Assembly: GCF_036321535.1 (NCBI RefSeq) | Contig: NC_087437.1 | Coordinates: 21,454,001-21,518,000 of the forward strand | Length of the DNA: 64,000 nucleotides | Direction: 5' to 3' | DNA from: Camelus dromedarius | Taxonomy: Eukaryota | Part shown: positions 51,801 to 60,960 of the stretch, in pieces | How positions within the stretch are numbered: position 1 is the stretch's first letter | Layout: each line of letters opens with the position of its first letter | Notes under the pieces: model-generated | What the model was told of the DNA's origin: nothing | Database searches by the model: none | What the model saw: only the letters and a program-made list of their open reading frames with translations | Program-made: the position numbers and the translations under genes

Positions 51801-54800
51801 AAATGGAGAGATACTGGGCAAAGGATACAAACTTTCAGCTATAAGATTACTGAATAAAGTCTAGAGACTTAATGTACAGTGTGGTGACTACAGTTAATGT
51901 ATTGTACACTTGAAATTTGCTAAGAGAGTAGTTCTCAAGTGTTCTCACTACACACACATACATATGGTAACCATGTGAGATGAATGTGTTAATTAGCTTG
52001 ATTATGGTAATCACTTCACAATGTATCTGTATAATAAAACATCAATTTATATGCCTTAAATATATACAACTTTTAGTTGTCAACCATACCTCAATAAGGC
52101 TGGAAAAAAATCAATTAAAAAAGAAAAATATAATAATTAAAATAAAAAACATACTGGATGGGTTCAATAGTAGAATGGCAATAACAAAAGAAAGTCAATA
52201 AGCTTGAAGATAGATCAAGAGAAACTATCTAATCTGAACAACAAAAAGAAAAAAGGAACAAATCTTCAGGGATCTGTGGGACAAGAAGAAATGGTCTAAT
52301 ATTTATGTCATCATTGGCCCCAAAGAGGAAAACAAAGAGTTCAGTGTAGAAAAAAAGTACTTCAAGGAAGTAATAGTGCTAAAAATTCCCACGTTCAGTG
52401 AAATACTTAAAATATATATATTCAAGATGCTTAGAAAACTCCTAACAGGATAAGTTCAAAGCATTACATGGCCAGATCCAGCATAATTCAAGTGCTGAAA
52501 ACAGAAAACAAAATAAAACAAAATTGAAAGCAACCAGACACATTACATACATAGAACAATGATTTAAGTGACTGTAGACTTCTCACCAGAACCATGAAGG
52601 CCAGGAGGAAGTGGCTTAACATTTTTAGAGAGCTAAAAGAACTCTCATCCAGAATTCTACATCAAAATCCTAGGATTTTCTTATAGATATAGATATGATG
52701 ATCCTAAAATTCATATGGAAAGGCAAAAGAACTAAAACAGTCAAAACAATGTTGAAAAAGAATAAAATTGGAGGAGTCACATTACACAATTTCAAGACTT
52801 ATTATAAAGCCATAGTAATCAAAACAGTGTAATCATAAAAACAGACAAATAGAACAACAGAACAGAAGAGAATCCAGAAACAGACCCACACAAATACGGA
52901 AATATGGCTAGTTTATTTCTGACAAATATACAAGGCAATTTAATGGAGAAAAGATAGCTCTTTCAACGACTGGAATAATTATATACCCATATGCAAAAGA
53001 AATTAGCTTCAACCTAACCTCACATCTTAACACAAAAAATTAACTCAAAATGAATCATAGATCTAAATGTAAAACATAAAACTGTAAAATGCTTGGAAAA
53101 AAATCACAGGAGAAAATCTTTGTGACTGGGGATTAGGTGAAGAGTTCTTACATATGATACCAAAAGTACAATTCATAAAACAAACTAAAAAAATGATAAC
53201 CTGGGCTTCATCAAAACTTAAAATGTTCGCTCTGCAAAACATACTGTTTAGAAAATGAAAAGACAAAGTCAGACTGGATGAAAATATCTGCAAATAACAC
53301 ATTTAACAAAGGACTTATATATAGAATACATTAAAAAATCTCAAAATCCAACAATAAGAAAACAACTCAATTAAAAAATGGGCAAAAGACCTGAACAGGC
53401 ATTTTATCCAAGAAGATATATGGATAGGAAATATGCACATAGAAATATTCACTGTCATTAGCCATTAGGGAAATGCAAATCAAACCCACAATGAGATACC
53501 ACTACATCTATTAGGATGCCTAAATAAAAAATACTAACAATATCATATACATGTGTTGGGGAAGAACAAGTGGAACTCATGTGCATTGCTGGTGGGAATG
53601 CAAAATGGCAGAGTCACTGAAAACTTTTGCAATTAATTAATTAAGTTAAACATTCACTTACCTATGACCCAACAATCCCACTCCTAGGTATTTATTTTAG
53701 AGAAATGAAAACTTACATTCACATTAAAAATCCATACACAAATGTTTATAGCAGCTCTATTGAAAATCACCAGAAGCTGGAAACAACCCAAATGTACTTC
53801 AACAGGTGAATGAATTGTGTACATATCCAGATAATGATTACTACTCAGAAATAAAAAGGAATGAACTCTTGATACAGACAACAATACAGATGAATCTCAA
53901 AGGCATTATGCTGAAAAAAGCCAGTCTCCAAAGGCTACTTACTGTATTGTTCACTTATATGACATTCTCAAGATGACAAAAAACTATACTCATGGAAAAT
54001 AGATCAGTGGTTTTCAGAGATTAGGTGTGGGAAGAGGGTCTGACTACAAAGGGCTAGCACAAAGGAGTCTGGGGGGTTACTTCTACGGATGTGGCTAAAA
54101 CTCACAGAAATTATTCACCAAAAAAGTAAATTTTACTCATATGCTGATTTTAAAAACAAAATAAAAAGAGCCTATGGCTTCAGGTTAAAATGATGGCTTG
54201 AACATAAATTTTCTCCAATTCTTCTCAAGACTCCATTTAAATAAAAACATGAAAAAGGTTTCTGCAGAAAGATAAGGAGAGCAAACAGGCTTAGAGCAGG
54301 TTTTAACAAATGTTTTTAATATAAACAGTGGGTGGGTGGTACCTGGCTAAGCACAGAGGAGAAAACTGACACCTCACCCCTGCTAGGATTACTTCCCATC
54401 TCTGCGCAATAATCCCAGGCAGAGATTCTAGGGTAGAACCCTGAAAATTAGAGGTATGTCAGAAGGCTGACATGCCAGATGGGGTTGAACACAAGATCGA
54501 TTCAGTCTTTATAAAAATCCTCAACTCCCCTTACCCAGTCAGATCCACTCCCCTTCCTAAGTGGGCACAAAGTTCTACTATCTGAAGGGGTTGAGAGAAA
54601 TTCTTTACTTGCAAATAAATACCAGACATAGCTGAGAGGGGTAAGACAGGGTACTGAAAATATGAAGAGATAACCAACCAAAGACCACCATTTAAGGAAA
54701 ACTTCTAACACGTATGGAAAGGTCAAAATAAAGAGGGGGAAAAAAAAGGAACCATGATGAAAACAGTGACCATGGGGGGAGCCATGAGGGTGACATGGGG

Positions 54801-57800
54801 ATGATATGAGAAAAGAATCTATTATTCCCCAGTGAGCATGTTAGAAACAAACAGATTTAACAAAATCATTTCCCTTCTATCAAATAACATCTCTGTTCTT
54901 TCCATGCAAGACTTTCATGACCACAGGTTGTAATGGCTCAGTCGCAATTAGTACTCCCTCACCCTTAAAAGCTGATTGCATCCCTCATCACATCAAGCCT
55001 ACAAACCACAATTGTCGGTGGCACTCCAGGGTCATCTCCATCCACTCCACCGACCCGGACAGCTCACCACCCCCAAACATGTCACAGTAGTTTGGAAGAC
55101 CAAACTGAAACTAGATCAAGAATATAATCAAAGCTAAGAAGAAAATGTGTTCTGTTGATTAAAAACAAAAGACAACCACCAGATTTTTTTCAAGAAGGTC
55201 CAGAGGGTACAGAGTATTGGAGAGTCCACTGTTTTCTTTGGAGTGGCCTTTCTGTTCTGTTCTTCCAACCAAGATGTTAGCTTTCAACAAGGACTTACTG
55301 AATAGCATGGGGATCTATATTCAATCTCTTGTAATGAGCTATAATGGAAAAGAATGTGAAAATATATATATATATATATATATATATGTTTGTATAACTG
55401 AATTGCTTTGCTCTACACATGAAACTAACATTATAAATCGACTACACTTCAATAAAAAGTAAGAGTTTAAATAAATAAATAAAAACTTCCTGCAACCTGG
55501 GTACATCTAAAAGTAAAACAAACAAACAAACAAAAAAGTTATTATCTTTCATTGTTTCTCACAATCACATGATGTTCAAATGGGGAACATGATAACCTTT
55601 CTCCATTTTTAAAAGCTAAAAATATCAAATATTCACATGCATGATTTCCAACTCCAAATACTATTCTAGTATATAACACCAATATTTAAGAGTCCATAGA
55701 AAAACTTTTTAAAGACTACAACTTATAGAAAAAGGCTAAAAATGTGTCTCTGCTATTAAAAAATGAATGTCACAAGAGAGAAAGCTGAAGTCTTCTGAGA
55801 GGCCTAGTATTAGCTGCCTAATGTCAAGGCTCCTGTTTAGGATTTCAATTTTAACTAAAAGACCAACACAGCCTATTTTGTTCTTGTCCCTAAAAGGTGA
55901 TGTCTTGAGTTTTTTTTTCTGTTTTTTAAGCTATTTATTTGGCAATAACAGTCAAATCCTGTACTAGTGGTTGGGGTTTCTATAATATATTCTTCCCAAC
56001 ATAATATTAGCAGAAGTGTGATTTTCATGTAAGAAAACAAACACCAGGTCTGTGTCTAATTCACAGAGTCCCATGAAGCAAACTGAATTCCTAATACTTT
56101 GATTAAATGCAATTCAATTCTTTATTCTGTGCCCATGAGGTAATAAACCAGATGCTAAATCGTAATCTAGGCCAGCAAGACCCTTTTCCCCAAAGAAATC
56201 AAGCTATTTGAAGTAAAGGACTGATTGTTGTTTTGTTTTGTTTTTCTGATTTCTAATTCATTGCGGACCAACAATTTTTAAGACACAATTAAAACAAGTT
56301 TTAGGTAAAAAAAATTACATACAAAGTAAAATCCCAAATGCTTTATTATTAAGGTCAACAGACATAAAATTACTCTGCCAAACTGCTACACAAGTTTCTA
56401 AATCTTAGTTTCTCTATTTCAATCTCAGCAGTGTGGGAACCACACTTTAAGAAGCAATGCTGTAAACGCTTATCACAGTTTGAGAGGCACTGCTTTCACC
56501 CCCTTAATTTAGGATACAGTGCTTCATCCTTTGAGGGCAGGGAATTTTTGTATTTTTATTTACTCACATATCTTTCCAGACACCTCCAGTTTAGAGTCTG
56601 AGCAAACCATTCTAGTCTCCTGCTACTCACAGCAATCCCAATTTCTCTTTGAGATTTTTACCTCATTTCTACAAAACTAATGATTCTCCCCAAATTATAT
56701 AGCAACTGTGAAACTCTGTTATCTCCTAACAATTTCTGTATCTCTTTGGTTCCAAATAGTTCAACTCCTTTCAAAAAAAAAAACAAAAAAAAAACCTCAC
56801 TGCTTAAAACAAAAGTACTTTGTGTCTAGAATTATAAGGGAGACTGTGTTAAAAGTATCATTGTGTTCTGATAAAGACTCATTACAAAGATAAGGAGCAC
56901 ACAGTCGCTGAAGGACAGCCTTTCATCTGTCCTTCAGGTGAGGGTAGGGGTGGGATGTGTGGCTGGGTAGGCAGTGTTCCTGCACAGGTGAACAGGGAAG
57001 GGACCAGGGAGCTGCCCTAGCCCCAGCGCTCTGTCTAGTCCTGAAACCAGACTGAGGAAGCCCTCCAAACAAACGTTCCAAGCAGTCTTTTAAAAGCTGA
57101 ACCCGCTCTTGGGCAACTGCAGCGGCTGAAAAACACGTCTAAAGAAGGGGGTGGGAACAAGGATGGGAACCGAGCAACCGAGAGATCAGTGCTGCTGGCA
57201 ATGGGATAGGTAGCTAACAGCTCCTGTTTCTCCAACACTGTTAACATAAAAAGATGCTGATATTAGAAAGAAGAGTAAATAAAAACATCACATCGGATCA
57301 ACGTTATTTTTGGAGTGCTGACAACTGTGTAGAAATCAACACTTCATTAAAACGAGAACAGAAGAATACCAATCTATTGGTTGTTTTACTAGTAACAATG
57401 ACTTGGTAGGTTTCTCAACCCAGAAAGAGATACTTTCATGAATCCTCAAAGATGGAAAGGAGAAAAAGTAATGACAACACAGCCTTCAAAACTTGTCCAA
57501 TAACTCCCATATCCATGGAGATCAGTTGCTCAGCACTTTGAGAAGCAGTTAATAATAATGACAACGGAAGAACGGAGATAAAGTTAAATTCCACCAAGAA
57601 CTTAAGTTTTTAAATGTAAATAAAGACAGGGGCTGAAGGTCTATCAAGGAAGTGCAGGAAAAATCAAGCAAGTCACAAAGCACCCTCTGGCTAGATTTGC
57701 GCAGCCTGCCCTTCCTTCCCTGCCCTGCCCTGCGAGTCACCGCAGTCCCACCCAGGTAAGGCCAGAAAGGCAGATCCCCAGGTGAGTGGAAGCGAGTGAC

Positions 57801-58193
57801 TGGCCCCAGGTCACAAACCGGACCCCTATTGTCCGCAGCCGGGACAGGAAGGGCGCGCAGGTTACAGCCCTGCTCGGGGAAGTAGTGCGAAGACCTGTTC
57901 GGTCACGGAGCGCCGCTCAGGTGGCTGCGTCCAGGCCGGATAAGGCGGTATCGCCCTCTTGCGCTCAGCGACCCGGACCGGGTGCCCTGCGCGACCCTTA
58001 CGCGTGGCCCCGACGCCCGCTCCCCAGTCACCTTCTGCACGCTGGAGCCGCAGATCCGCGCCGCGCGGTCATAGACGTGGCAGCGAATCACCGAGCTGCC
58101 CACGTCCAGCCCCAGCACAAAGCGTGCGCGCCGCGAATCTGGCGCGCTCTGGTCCGGGCGCCCCTGCTCCGGGACGGTGGGTAAACCCGACAT
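4214..58193 (-). CDS. GK5: Glycerol kinase 5, complete 16-exon coding span (534 aa after splicing)
   Basis: Joined exons total 1605 nt in one open frame. FGGY motifs are present: [86 protein letters not shown]. The sequence matches mammalian GK5 as I recall it, and all introns are GT-AG. Confidence 0.97.
6120..6735 (+). mobile_element. L2 fragment(s)
   Basis: aagtccaaactcct motif and the L2 3' end gtgctcaacaaataaatgtt. Confidence 0.55.
7058..7191 (-). CDS. GK5: GK5 exon 15 (134 nt): [45 protein letters not shown]
   Basis: ccccacag|GGCAGA ... GTTG|gtatgt; DGG and GAAxxAG motifs; part of ORF 6897..7157. Confidence 0.96.
7316..7472 (-). mobile_element. tRNA-derived SINE (Vic-1-like), copy 1
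   Basis: Reverse complement reads ggggagggtatagct..gtggtagag..gcttagcatg..gtcctgggttcaatcccca; A/B boxes; aagtttaacttttt repeated on both sides. Confidence 0.85.
7975..8034 (-). CDS. GK5: GK5 exon 14 (60 nt): [20 protein letters not shown]
   Basis: ttttaactag|AAACAA ... TACG|gtatgt. Confidence 0.94.
8889..8992 (-). CDS. GK5: GK5 exon 13 (104 nt): [34 protein letters not shown]
   Basis: ctcactttag|GCTCCA ... TCAG|gtacca; RAxLESIA motif. Confidence 0.96.
9073..9231 (+). mobile_element. tRNA-derived SINE (Vic-1-like), copy 2
   Basis: gggagggtatagctcagtg...gtcctgggttcaatccc plus AT-rich tail. Confidence 0.85.
9670..9789 (-). mobile_element. tRNA-derived SINE (Vic-1-like), copy 3
   Basis: Perfect 14-bp target-site duplication (TSD) atttctcttattct at 9656-9669 and 9790-9803. 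Confidence 0.88.
11290..11540. mobile_element. MIR SINE
   Basis: tgtgtgac..gggcaagt...ctcagtttcttcagc...aatgggat core. Confidence 0.7.
14043..14208 (-). mobile_element. Younger L1 3' end with compound microsatellite
   Basis: tttttttaattgaagtatagtcagttacaatgtg...tttctggtgtacagc; homologous to 21725 and 43815. Confidence 0.75.
14113..14164. repeat. Compound microsatellite AT(GT)6(AT)12(AC)6AT
   Basis: Read directly from the sequence. Confidence 0.95.
14223..14375 (-). mobile_element. tRNA-derived SINE (Vic-1-like), copy 4
   Basis: Same head and tail; TSD-like gaccgggttcacttttt / gacagggtgcacttttt. Confidence 0.85.
14905..14999 (-). CDS. GK5: GK5 exon 12 (95 nt): [32 protein letters not shown]
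   Basis: tttttgcag|ATCTGT ... GCAG|gtattt; FVPxFSGL motif. Confidence 0.96.
15530..16180 (-). mobile_element. Old L1 3' fragment
   Basis: gtggaattgct, ttttccaaagt, atgagagttccagtt, tcttgccaaca motifs. Confidence 0.75.
16358..16520 (+). mobile_element. tRNA-derived SINE (Vic-1-like), copy 5, with (TAAG)n(TAAA)n microsatellite in the tail
   Basis: TSD ttaaaacacaag at 16346-16357 and 16521-16532. Confidence 0.88.
16729..16858 (-). mobile_element. tRNA-derived SINE (Vic-1-like), copy 6
   Basis: TSD ccaa(g/a)tgtctatat on both sides. Confidence 0.87.
17050..19490 (+). mobile_element. Old, internally deleted L1 (5' region, ORF1 piece, ORF2 3' part, 3' UTR)
   Basis: gagcctcagg..gtgggacaata, gagtcccagaagga, aaatatttgcaaatcatat, gcaatcccactcttaggtat, aataaagttg. 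Confidence 0.75.
17649..17770 (+). mobile_element. tRNA-derived SINE (Vic-1-like), copy 7, nested in an L1 ORF1 remnant
   Basis: ggggagggtatgtagctcaattggtagag...cctgggttcaatccccagtacctcc; flanks gttc(a/t)gca. Confidence 0.85.
20040..20143 (-). mobile_element. tRNA-derived SINE (Vic-1-like), copy 8, short tail, small internal duplication
   Basis: gtactggggattgaacccaggacc...gtgctacgcatgctaggcat...gagcta. Confidence 0.8.
21725..22130 (-). mobile_element. Younger L1 3' end with (TA)n
   Basis: Poly-T then aattgaagtagagttgatttacaatg; ttagattccacatataagtgat; ORF track shows the ORF2 C-terminal [11 protein letters not shown]. Confidence 0.85.
21799..21829. repeat. (TA)n microsatellite
   Basis: Read directly from the sequence. 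Confidence 0.95.
22950..23430 (+). mobile_element. Old L1 (L1MB-like) 3' end
   Basis: aacccagatgtccatcaactgatgaatggataaa...tgtgaattatatttcaataaagct. Confidence 0.8.
24021..24170 (+). mobile_element. tRNA-derived SINE (Vic-1-like), copy 9
   Basis: ggggaggttatagctcaaggggtagagcacatgcttagcatgcatgaggtcctgggttcaatccccagtacc. Confidence 0.87.
24639..24743 (-). CDS. GK5: GK5 exon 11 (105 nt): [35 protein letters not shown]
   Basis: gtttttaag|GCTTTT ... TTAG|gtaagt. Confidence 0.95.
25819..25945 (-). CDS. GK5: GK5 exon 10 (127 nt): [42 protein letters not shown]
   Basis: ttttggcag|GTTGCT ... GGAG|gtaagt; DQQ and GTGxF motifs; visible in ORF 25811..26122. Confidence 0.97.
26890..27022 (-). mobile_element. 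tRNA-derived SINE (Vic-1-like), copy 10
   Basis: TSD aaata(c/t)atttctt; poly-T at the left end. Confidence 0.85.
27436..27496 (-). CDS. GK5: GK5 exon 9 (61 nt): [21 protein letters not shown]
   Basis: ttatttgaag|CTACAA ... CTTG|gtaagt. Confidence 0.95.
27704..27777 (-). CDS. GK5: GK5 exon 8 (74 nt): [24 protein letters not shown]
   Basis: tttctgctcag|ATGTGT ... CGAG|gtaaaa; follows an 81-nt intron. Confidence 0.95.
27859..27920 (-). CDS. GK5: GK5 exon 7 (62 nt): [21 protein letters not shown]
   Basis: aatttag|GTTCTG ... TGAG|gtaaac; TDxSNASxT motif. Confidence 0.95.
28475..28550 (-). CDS. GK5: GK5 exon 6 (76 nt): [25 protein letters not shown]
   Basis: gttttcaag|GTGCAA ... AAAG|gtaaag; FGTxDTWL motif. 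Confidence 0.95.
28836..29130. mobile_element. MER58-like hAT-Charlie element
   Basis: ggcagactatggc...caaatcc; aaagcctaaaatgttactatctggc. Confidence 0.65.
29700..33480. mobile_element. Mosaic of nested L1 fragments: mostly +, with a minus-oriented ORF2 piece at about 31975-32785 and a younger L1 3' insert at about 31370-31485
   Basis: ORF1-like, ORF2-like and 3' UTR L1 motifs in both orientations. Confidence 0.7.
33613..33744 (-). CDS. GK5: GK5 exon 5 (132 nt): [44 protein letters not shown]
   Basis: ttttaaaatag|CTCATT ... TGAG|gtaagg. Confidence 0.94.
35510..36330 (+). mobile_element. Old L1 3' end
   Basis: cattgctggtgggaatgcaaatggcacag; QLPYDLAI in the ORF track resembles the ORF2 C-terminal LPYDPAI. 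Confidence 0.78.
38229..38322 (-). CDS. GK5: GK5 exon 4 (94 nt): [31 protein letters not shown]
   Basis: tttcttag|GAAAACG ... GAAG|gtaatc; WQDxR motif. Confidence 0.95.
39315..40735 (-). mobile_element. Old L1 (L1MB-like) 3' part, interrupted at about 39975-40400
   Basis: tttccacatcctcaccaacacttgtt; cagcatcatttgttgaaaagactg. Confidence 0.8.
40736..41010. mobile_element. MLT1 (MaLR) LTR fragment
   Basis: ataacaaagt..caaattggatggctaaaa..aatttattgtctctcagttttgg, a typical MLT1 end. Confidence 0.7.
43248..43445. mobile_element. MER20-like hAT DNA transposon
   Basis: ccccaggggacatttggcaa..ctggagatatttttggttgtca...aacaaagaattatctggccccaaatgtcaa. Confidence 0.8.
43812..47476 (-). mobile_element. 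L1 retaining both termini but lacking ORF1; degenerate ORF2
   Basis: Poly-T and 3' UTR at left. RT motif [14 protein letters not shown] (ORF 45566..45859) and endonuclease start [11 protein letters not shown]...QETHF...[10 protein letters not shown] (ORF 47048..47368). L1-type 5' terminus ggatcaagatgg.gaataggaag at right. Confidence 0.88.
47720..47940. mobile_element. MIR SINE
   Basis: gtgaccttgaacaacttacttatttctctgagcctcagtttctttctctgtaaaat. Confidence 0.8.
48387..48462 (-). CDS. GK5: GK5 exon 3 (76 nt): [25 protein letters not shown]
   Basis: gtttttag|CTGCAG ... AACAA|gtaagt; phases fit exons 2 and 4. Confidence 0.95.
49000..49520 (+). mobile_element. Old L1 (L1MC-like) 3' fragment
   Basis: tcctgccaaaaa...gaatct.atcatgaggaaa...tagactaaaggagactaaa. 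Confidence 0.6.
50125..50218 (-). CDS. GK5: GK5 exon 2 (94 nt): [31 protein letters not shown]
   Basis: ttcctgcatag|GTAGAG ... AAAG|gtaact; family PxxGWVExDP motif. Confidence 0.95.
50545..54170 (+). mobile_element. Old, internally deleted L1 (5' region, ORF1, ORF2 3' part, 3' UTR)
   Basis: ORF1-like gcttgaagatagatcaa; ORF2-like aaaattcatatggaaaggcaaa and gccattagggaaatgcaaatcaaa. Confidence 0.82.
51789..52123 (+). mobile_element. L1MA-like 3' end nested in the older L1
   Basis: TSD aaaaata(c/t)aataatta at 51773-51788 and 52124-52139; ends tacctcaataaggctggaaaaaaa. Confidence 0.8.
55287..55485 (+). mobile_element. Younger L1 3' end with (TA)n
   Basis: acaaggacttactg..tagc..tatattcaat.tcttgtaat...actacacttcaataaaa; reverse of the 21725 copy. 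Confidence 0.8.
55362..55387. repeat. (TA)n microsatellite
   Basis: Read directly from the sequence. Confidence 0.95.
58032..58193 (-). CDS. GK5: GK5 exon 1 coding part (162 nt): [10 protein letters not shown]...[30 protein letters not shown]
   Basis: ATG at 58193-58191; donor AAG|gtgact; lies in the CpG island. Confidence 0.95.
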
Positions 58194-58358
58194 TCCGACC
58201 CGCACGCCTCTCTGCCGCAGCCGCCAAGCCGAGCGGACGCACTTTAAACGCCCGAACTCAGGGGCCGAGAGCGCCCGGCGGGGCCACCGCCCCCGGCCCG
58301 CCCCTCCGCGAGATCCGGGAGCGGCCCCGCCCCTGCGGCGGGCCCCGCCCCGACGCCA

Positions 58359-58366
58359 TGACGTCA
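58359..58366. promoter_or_regulatory. Full palindromic CRE (TGACGTCA), CREB/ATF site
   Basis: Exact 8-mer about 170 nt upstream of the ATG, within the CpG island. Confidence 0.7.
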
Positions 58367-59507
58367 GGGGTGCGCAGGAACCTCTTGTAGGAGCGCGCGC
58401 GGGGCGGGCGGCCGCTTGGAGCGCGGGAAGGTGAGCTGAGGCTGCAGGCTCCCTGCAGCCCCAGCCCACCCAGGCTGCCCCACTTTCCAAGCGGCCGCCG
58501 CTTTCAGTGTTTTCGTGGCTCCTAATGTTTATGATTACGCTTCTAACTCCAAGCTCCCTGAGGCAGTGTCTTCGTTTCTTTTAACTCTCATTACATTTTA
58601 CGAATCTCTTAAAAATAAAGTGACCGAAAAGAAATTGAAAGTTCGGCCGAAGGAATTTATTAATAAACTGAGGGTTTCCCCCCAAGATTCTCTCCCCCCA
58701 AAACCTGGTAAGATTTGCATATATAATGCACATCAATAAATACTTGATAAATGAAATAACACAACGAGTAAGACCTTCCCCAGCCCTCTGGTAGAGAAAA
58801 GGGACAAAGCTCAAGGTGGCTGTTTTTATCGTCAACCTCCACTCCAAAGATTGCTTTTTCAGGAATCTGAAAACCCCTCAGGGTCATTTACCTTTCACTC
58901 CTGCCTAACGAGCATGGGCTCTTCCACCACCTGGAAGGAAGCCCGTGGAAATTTCTAGTTTCCTGCAGCTCTGGTCACCAGCCTGGAGGCCAGGGGAATT
59001 TCCACGGGGTGGTCCAGCTCCAGGTCCTTATCTGTGGGGAGTGCAGAGGTGTTCAGGCCTGCCCCAGCCAGCTCCCCCACCGCCAGCACTCCAAAAAACC
59101 AGCGCCTGAAAATATTCATTATCTTACTCTTGTAAAATTATAACAATAATATGGTTATGTGCTTTTTGTGGAGAAGTTTAACAGTGCGGAGTGGTGTATC
59201 AATTAAAAAGCAACGATTATTCATGTTAAACCAAATTGTTCTCTTGACCAAACGGTCACGATAACCAACTTGCTTTCAGCCAATTTGACCAAATTGGGTT
59301 ACTAGAAGCTTGGAACAGGCACCTGGAAGAGTATGGTTTTGGAGGCATTTTTGTTTTTGTTTTTGTCTTTGTACCCTGTCCCTGTCCAATAGTATTCATT
59401 TGTTCCAAATGGCCCCAGGACTGCCTTCACCAGTGGTGACCATTTTGGTGAGTTATATGTACTATGTTACCCAGTATTGTAATTTGAAATAAATCACTAA
59501 TGGGTGA

Positions 59508-59959
59508 TGTACTGGCCGGAGTTCTCTAGAGAAAGGGAACCAGTAACAGAGAGATTGAGAAAGAAATTGAGATTTATTTTAAGGAATTGGCTCACATGCT
59601 TGTGAGGGCTGGCAAGTCCCAGAAACCTGTAGGGCAGACTGGACATCTATACATTCAAATAAGAGTTGATGTTACAGTCTTGAGTCTAAATTCTGCAGGG
59701 CAGTAGCCTGGAAACTTAGGCCAGTTCCTATGTTGCTGTCTTAAGGAGAATTTTTTCTTCTTTGGGACACCTCAGTCTTTGCTCTTAAGACCTTCAACTG
59801 ATTGGATGAGGTCTGCCAACAGCATGGATAGTTTGTTTTATTCATGGTCTATTGATTTAAATATTAATCACATCTAAAAACTATCTCACAACAACATCTA
59901 AACAACTGGGCACCCACACAGTAACCCAGCCAAGTTGACACATAAAATTAACTGTCACA
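59508..59959. mobile_element. MLT2 (ERVL) solo LTR
   Basis: TG...CA ends; gagatttattttaaggaattggctcaca; ttcaactgattggatgagg; agccaagttgacacataaaattaac. Confidence 0.8.
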
Positions 59960-60876
59960 GGTCCCCTTTCACAACAGAGAAAGCTGTTTTGTATTCCCTG
60001 ATGTTACTATTTAGCATATTTCTCAAAGTGATCATTCTTGGGCTTCTTGGACACCTGCACTTACTTCCTTTGTGATCCTTGTTATAAATTTGAATCAATT
60101 ATCTTAAGTAGTATCAAAGAATCATAGAACCTGAAAACAGGGAGCTTAGCAACAACTTAGTCTAGCGTTTCCTAATTTGTTTCTGGTCTTGAACAACTTT
60201 GAGACCCTGGTGAATGCTATCTTCCTGAGAAGATGTTTACATACACAAAATGTGGCATGTAGTTTCAGGTGTGGTATAAACCAAACATGAAGATCTCAGA
60301 TTAAAAATCCAGAGTGATTTCCTTAACCTGGACAGACAGTGACCTAGGAGAGGCCTGGGGGAACAAAGGGTTACTGGGTTTCTTCCATGTTCCTTATTCT
60401 TCACTAGTACCTCTCATCCAGCTCTGCCCTCAGGGAAAGGAGCGAGTCGCTGTTACTCAGAAACTCTGAAGGTCCCTTGGCTAGGGGGCAATTCATCGCT
60501 CTTGAGTCAGACGCCTCTGCTGCTCTGAGCTCCATCACCTGATGGCCTCGGTCTGCCTCTGGCTCGCTGAAGCTTCTCCTCAGATTCTGGGCTTGGCCTC
60601 AGATGTGGCCCTGGATGCTCTCTCCCAGGCTGATTCCCCCCACCACTGCCGCTCCTTACACTTTCTCTTCTGATAGCAGGCCCCAAATTACAACTTGGAC
60701 CCGCCTCCCACACTCTCAAGAAACTTGGATGCGATTACTCAGGGCTGGATCAGAAAGTTCGTGAGGCCACCATTCCCTATGACACCCTCAAGGGAGATGA
60801 TTGGTGTTTCAAGACTGAGCCCAGGGACCTTGAGGCCCTTCCACCTCCAAGGAAACCAGTCACTGTCCCTCCCTCC

Positions 60877-60960
60877 TAGGGTGACCAGCTGTCCCTGTTT
60901 CCCCAGGGCTGGGGAATTTCTTGAAACATAGGACTTTCCATGCTAAAACCAAAACAGTCC
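60877..60960. mobile_element. MER81-like hAT-Blackjack fragment
   Basis: tagggtgacca...ggactttc..tgctaaaacc...acagtcc. Confidence 0.6.

Larger units (their letters stand above)
57800..58520. promoter_or_regulatory. CpG island / GK5 promoter with several GC boxes (ccgccc / gggcgg)
   Basis: Abrupt GC- and CpG-rich block over exon 1; GC boxes near 58287, 58298, 58327, 58345 and 58402. Confidence 0.9.

Noticed and set aside
57751..57790. Two plus-strand donor-like sites in intron 1
   Set aside because: No supporting upstream exon or promoter; such motifs are common by chance.
58130..58193. N-terminus about 5 aa longer than human GK5 as I recall it
   Set aside because: Variable low-complexity leader ahead of the first motif; the comparison rests on memory and I cannot show it is lineage-specific.
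57786..58490. Long ORFs over the CpG island (195 aa on -, 132-143 aa on +)
   Set aside because: Stop-poor GC-rich sequence; only the MSGLP...SVQK part is GK5 exon 1, and the upstream extension has no in-frame ATG.
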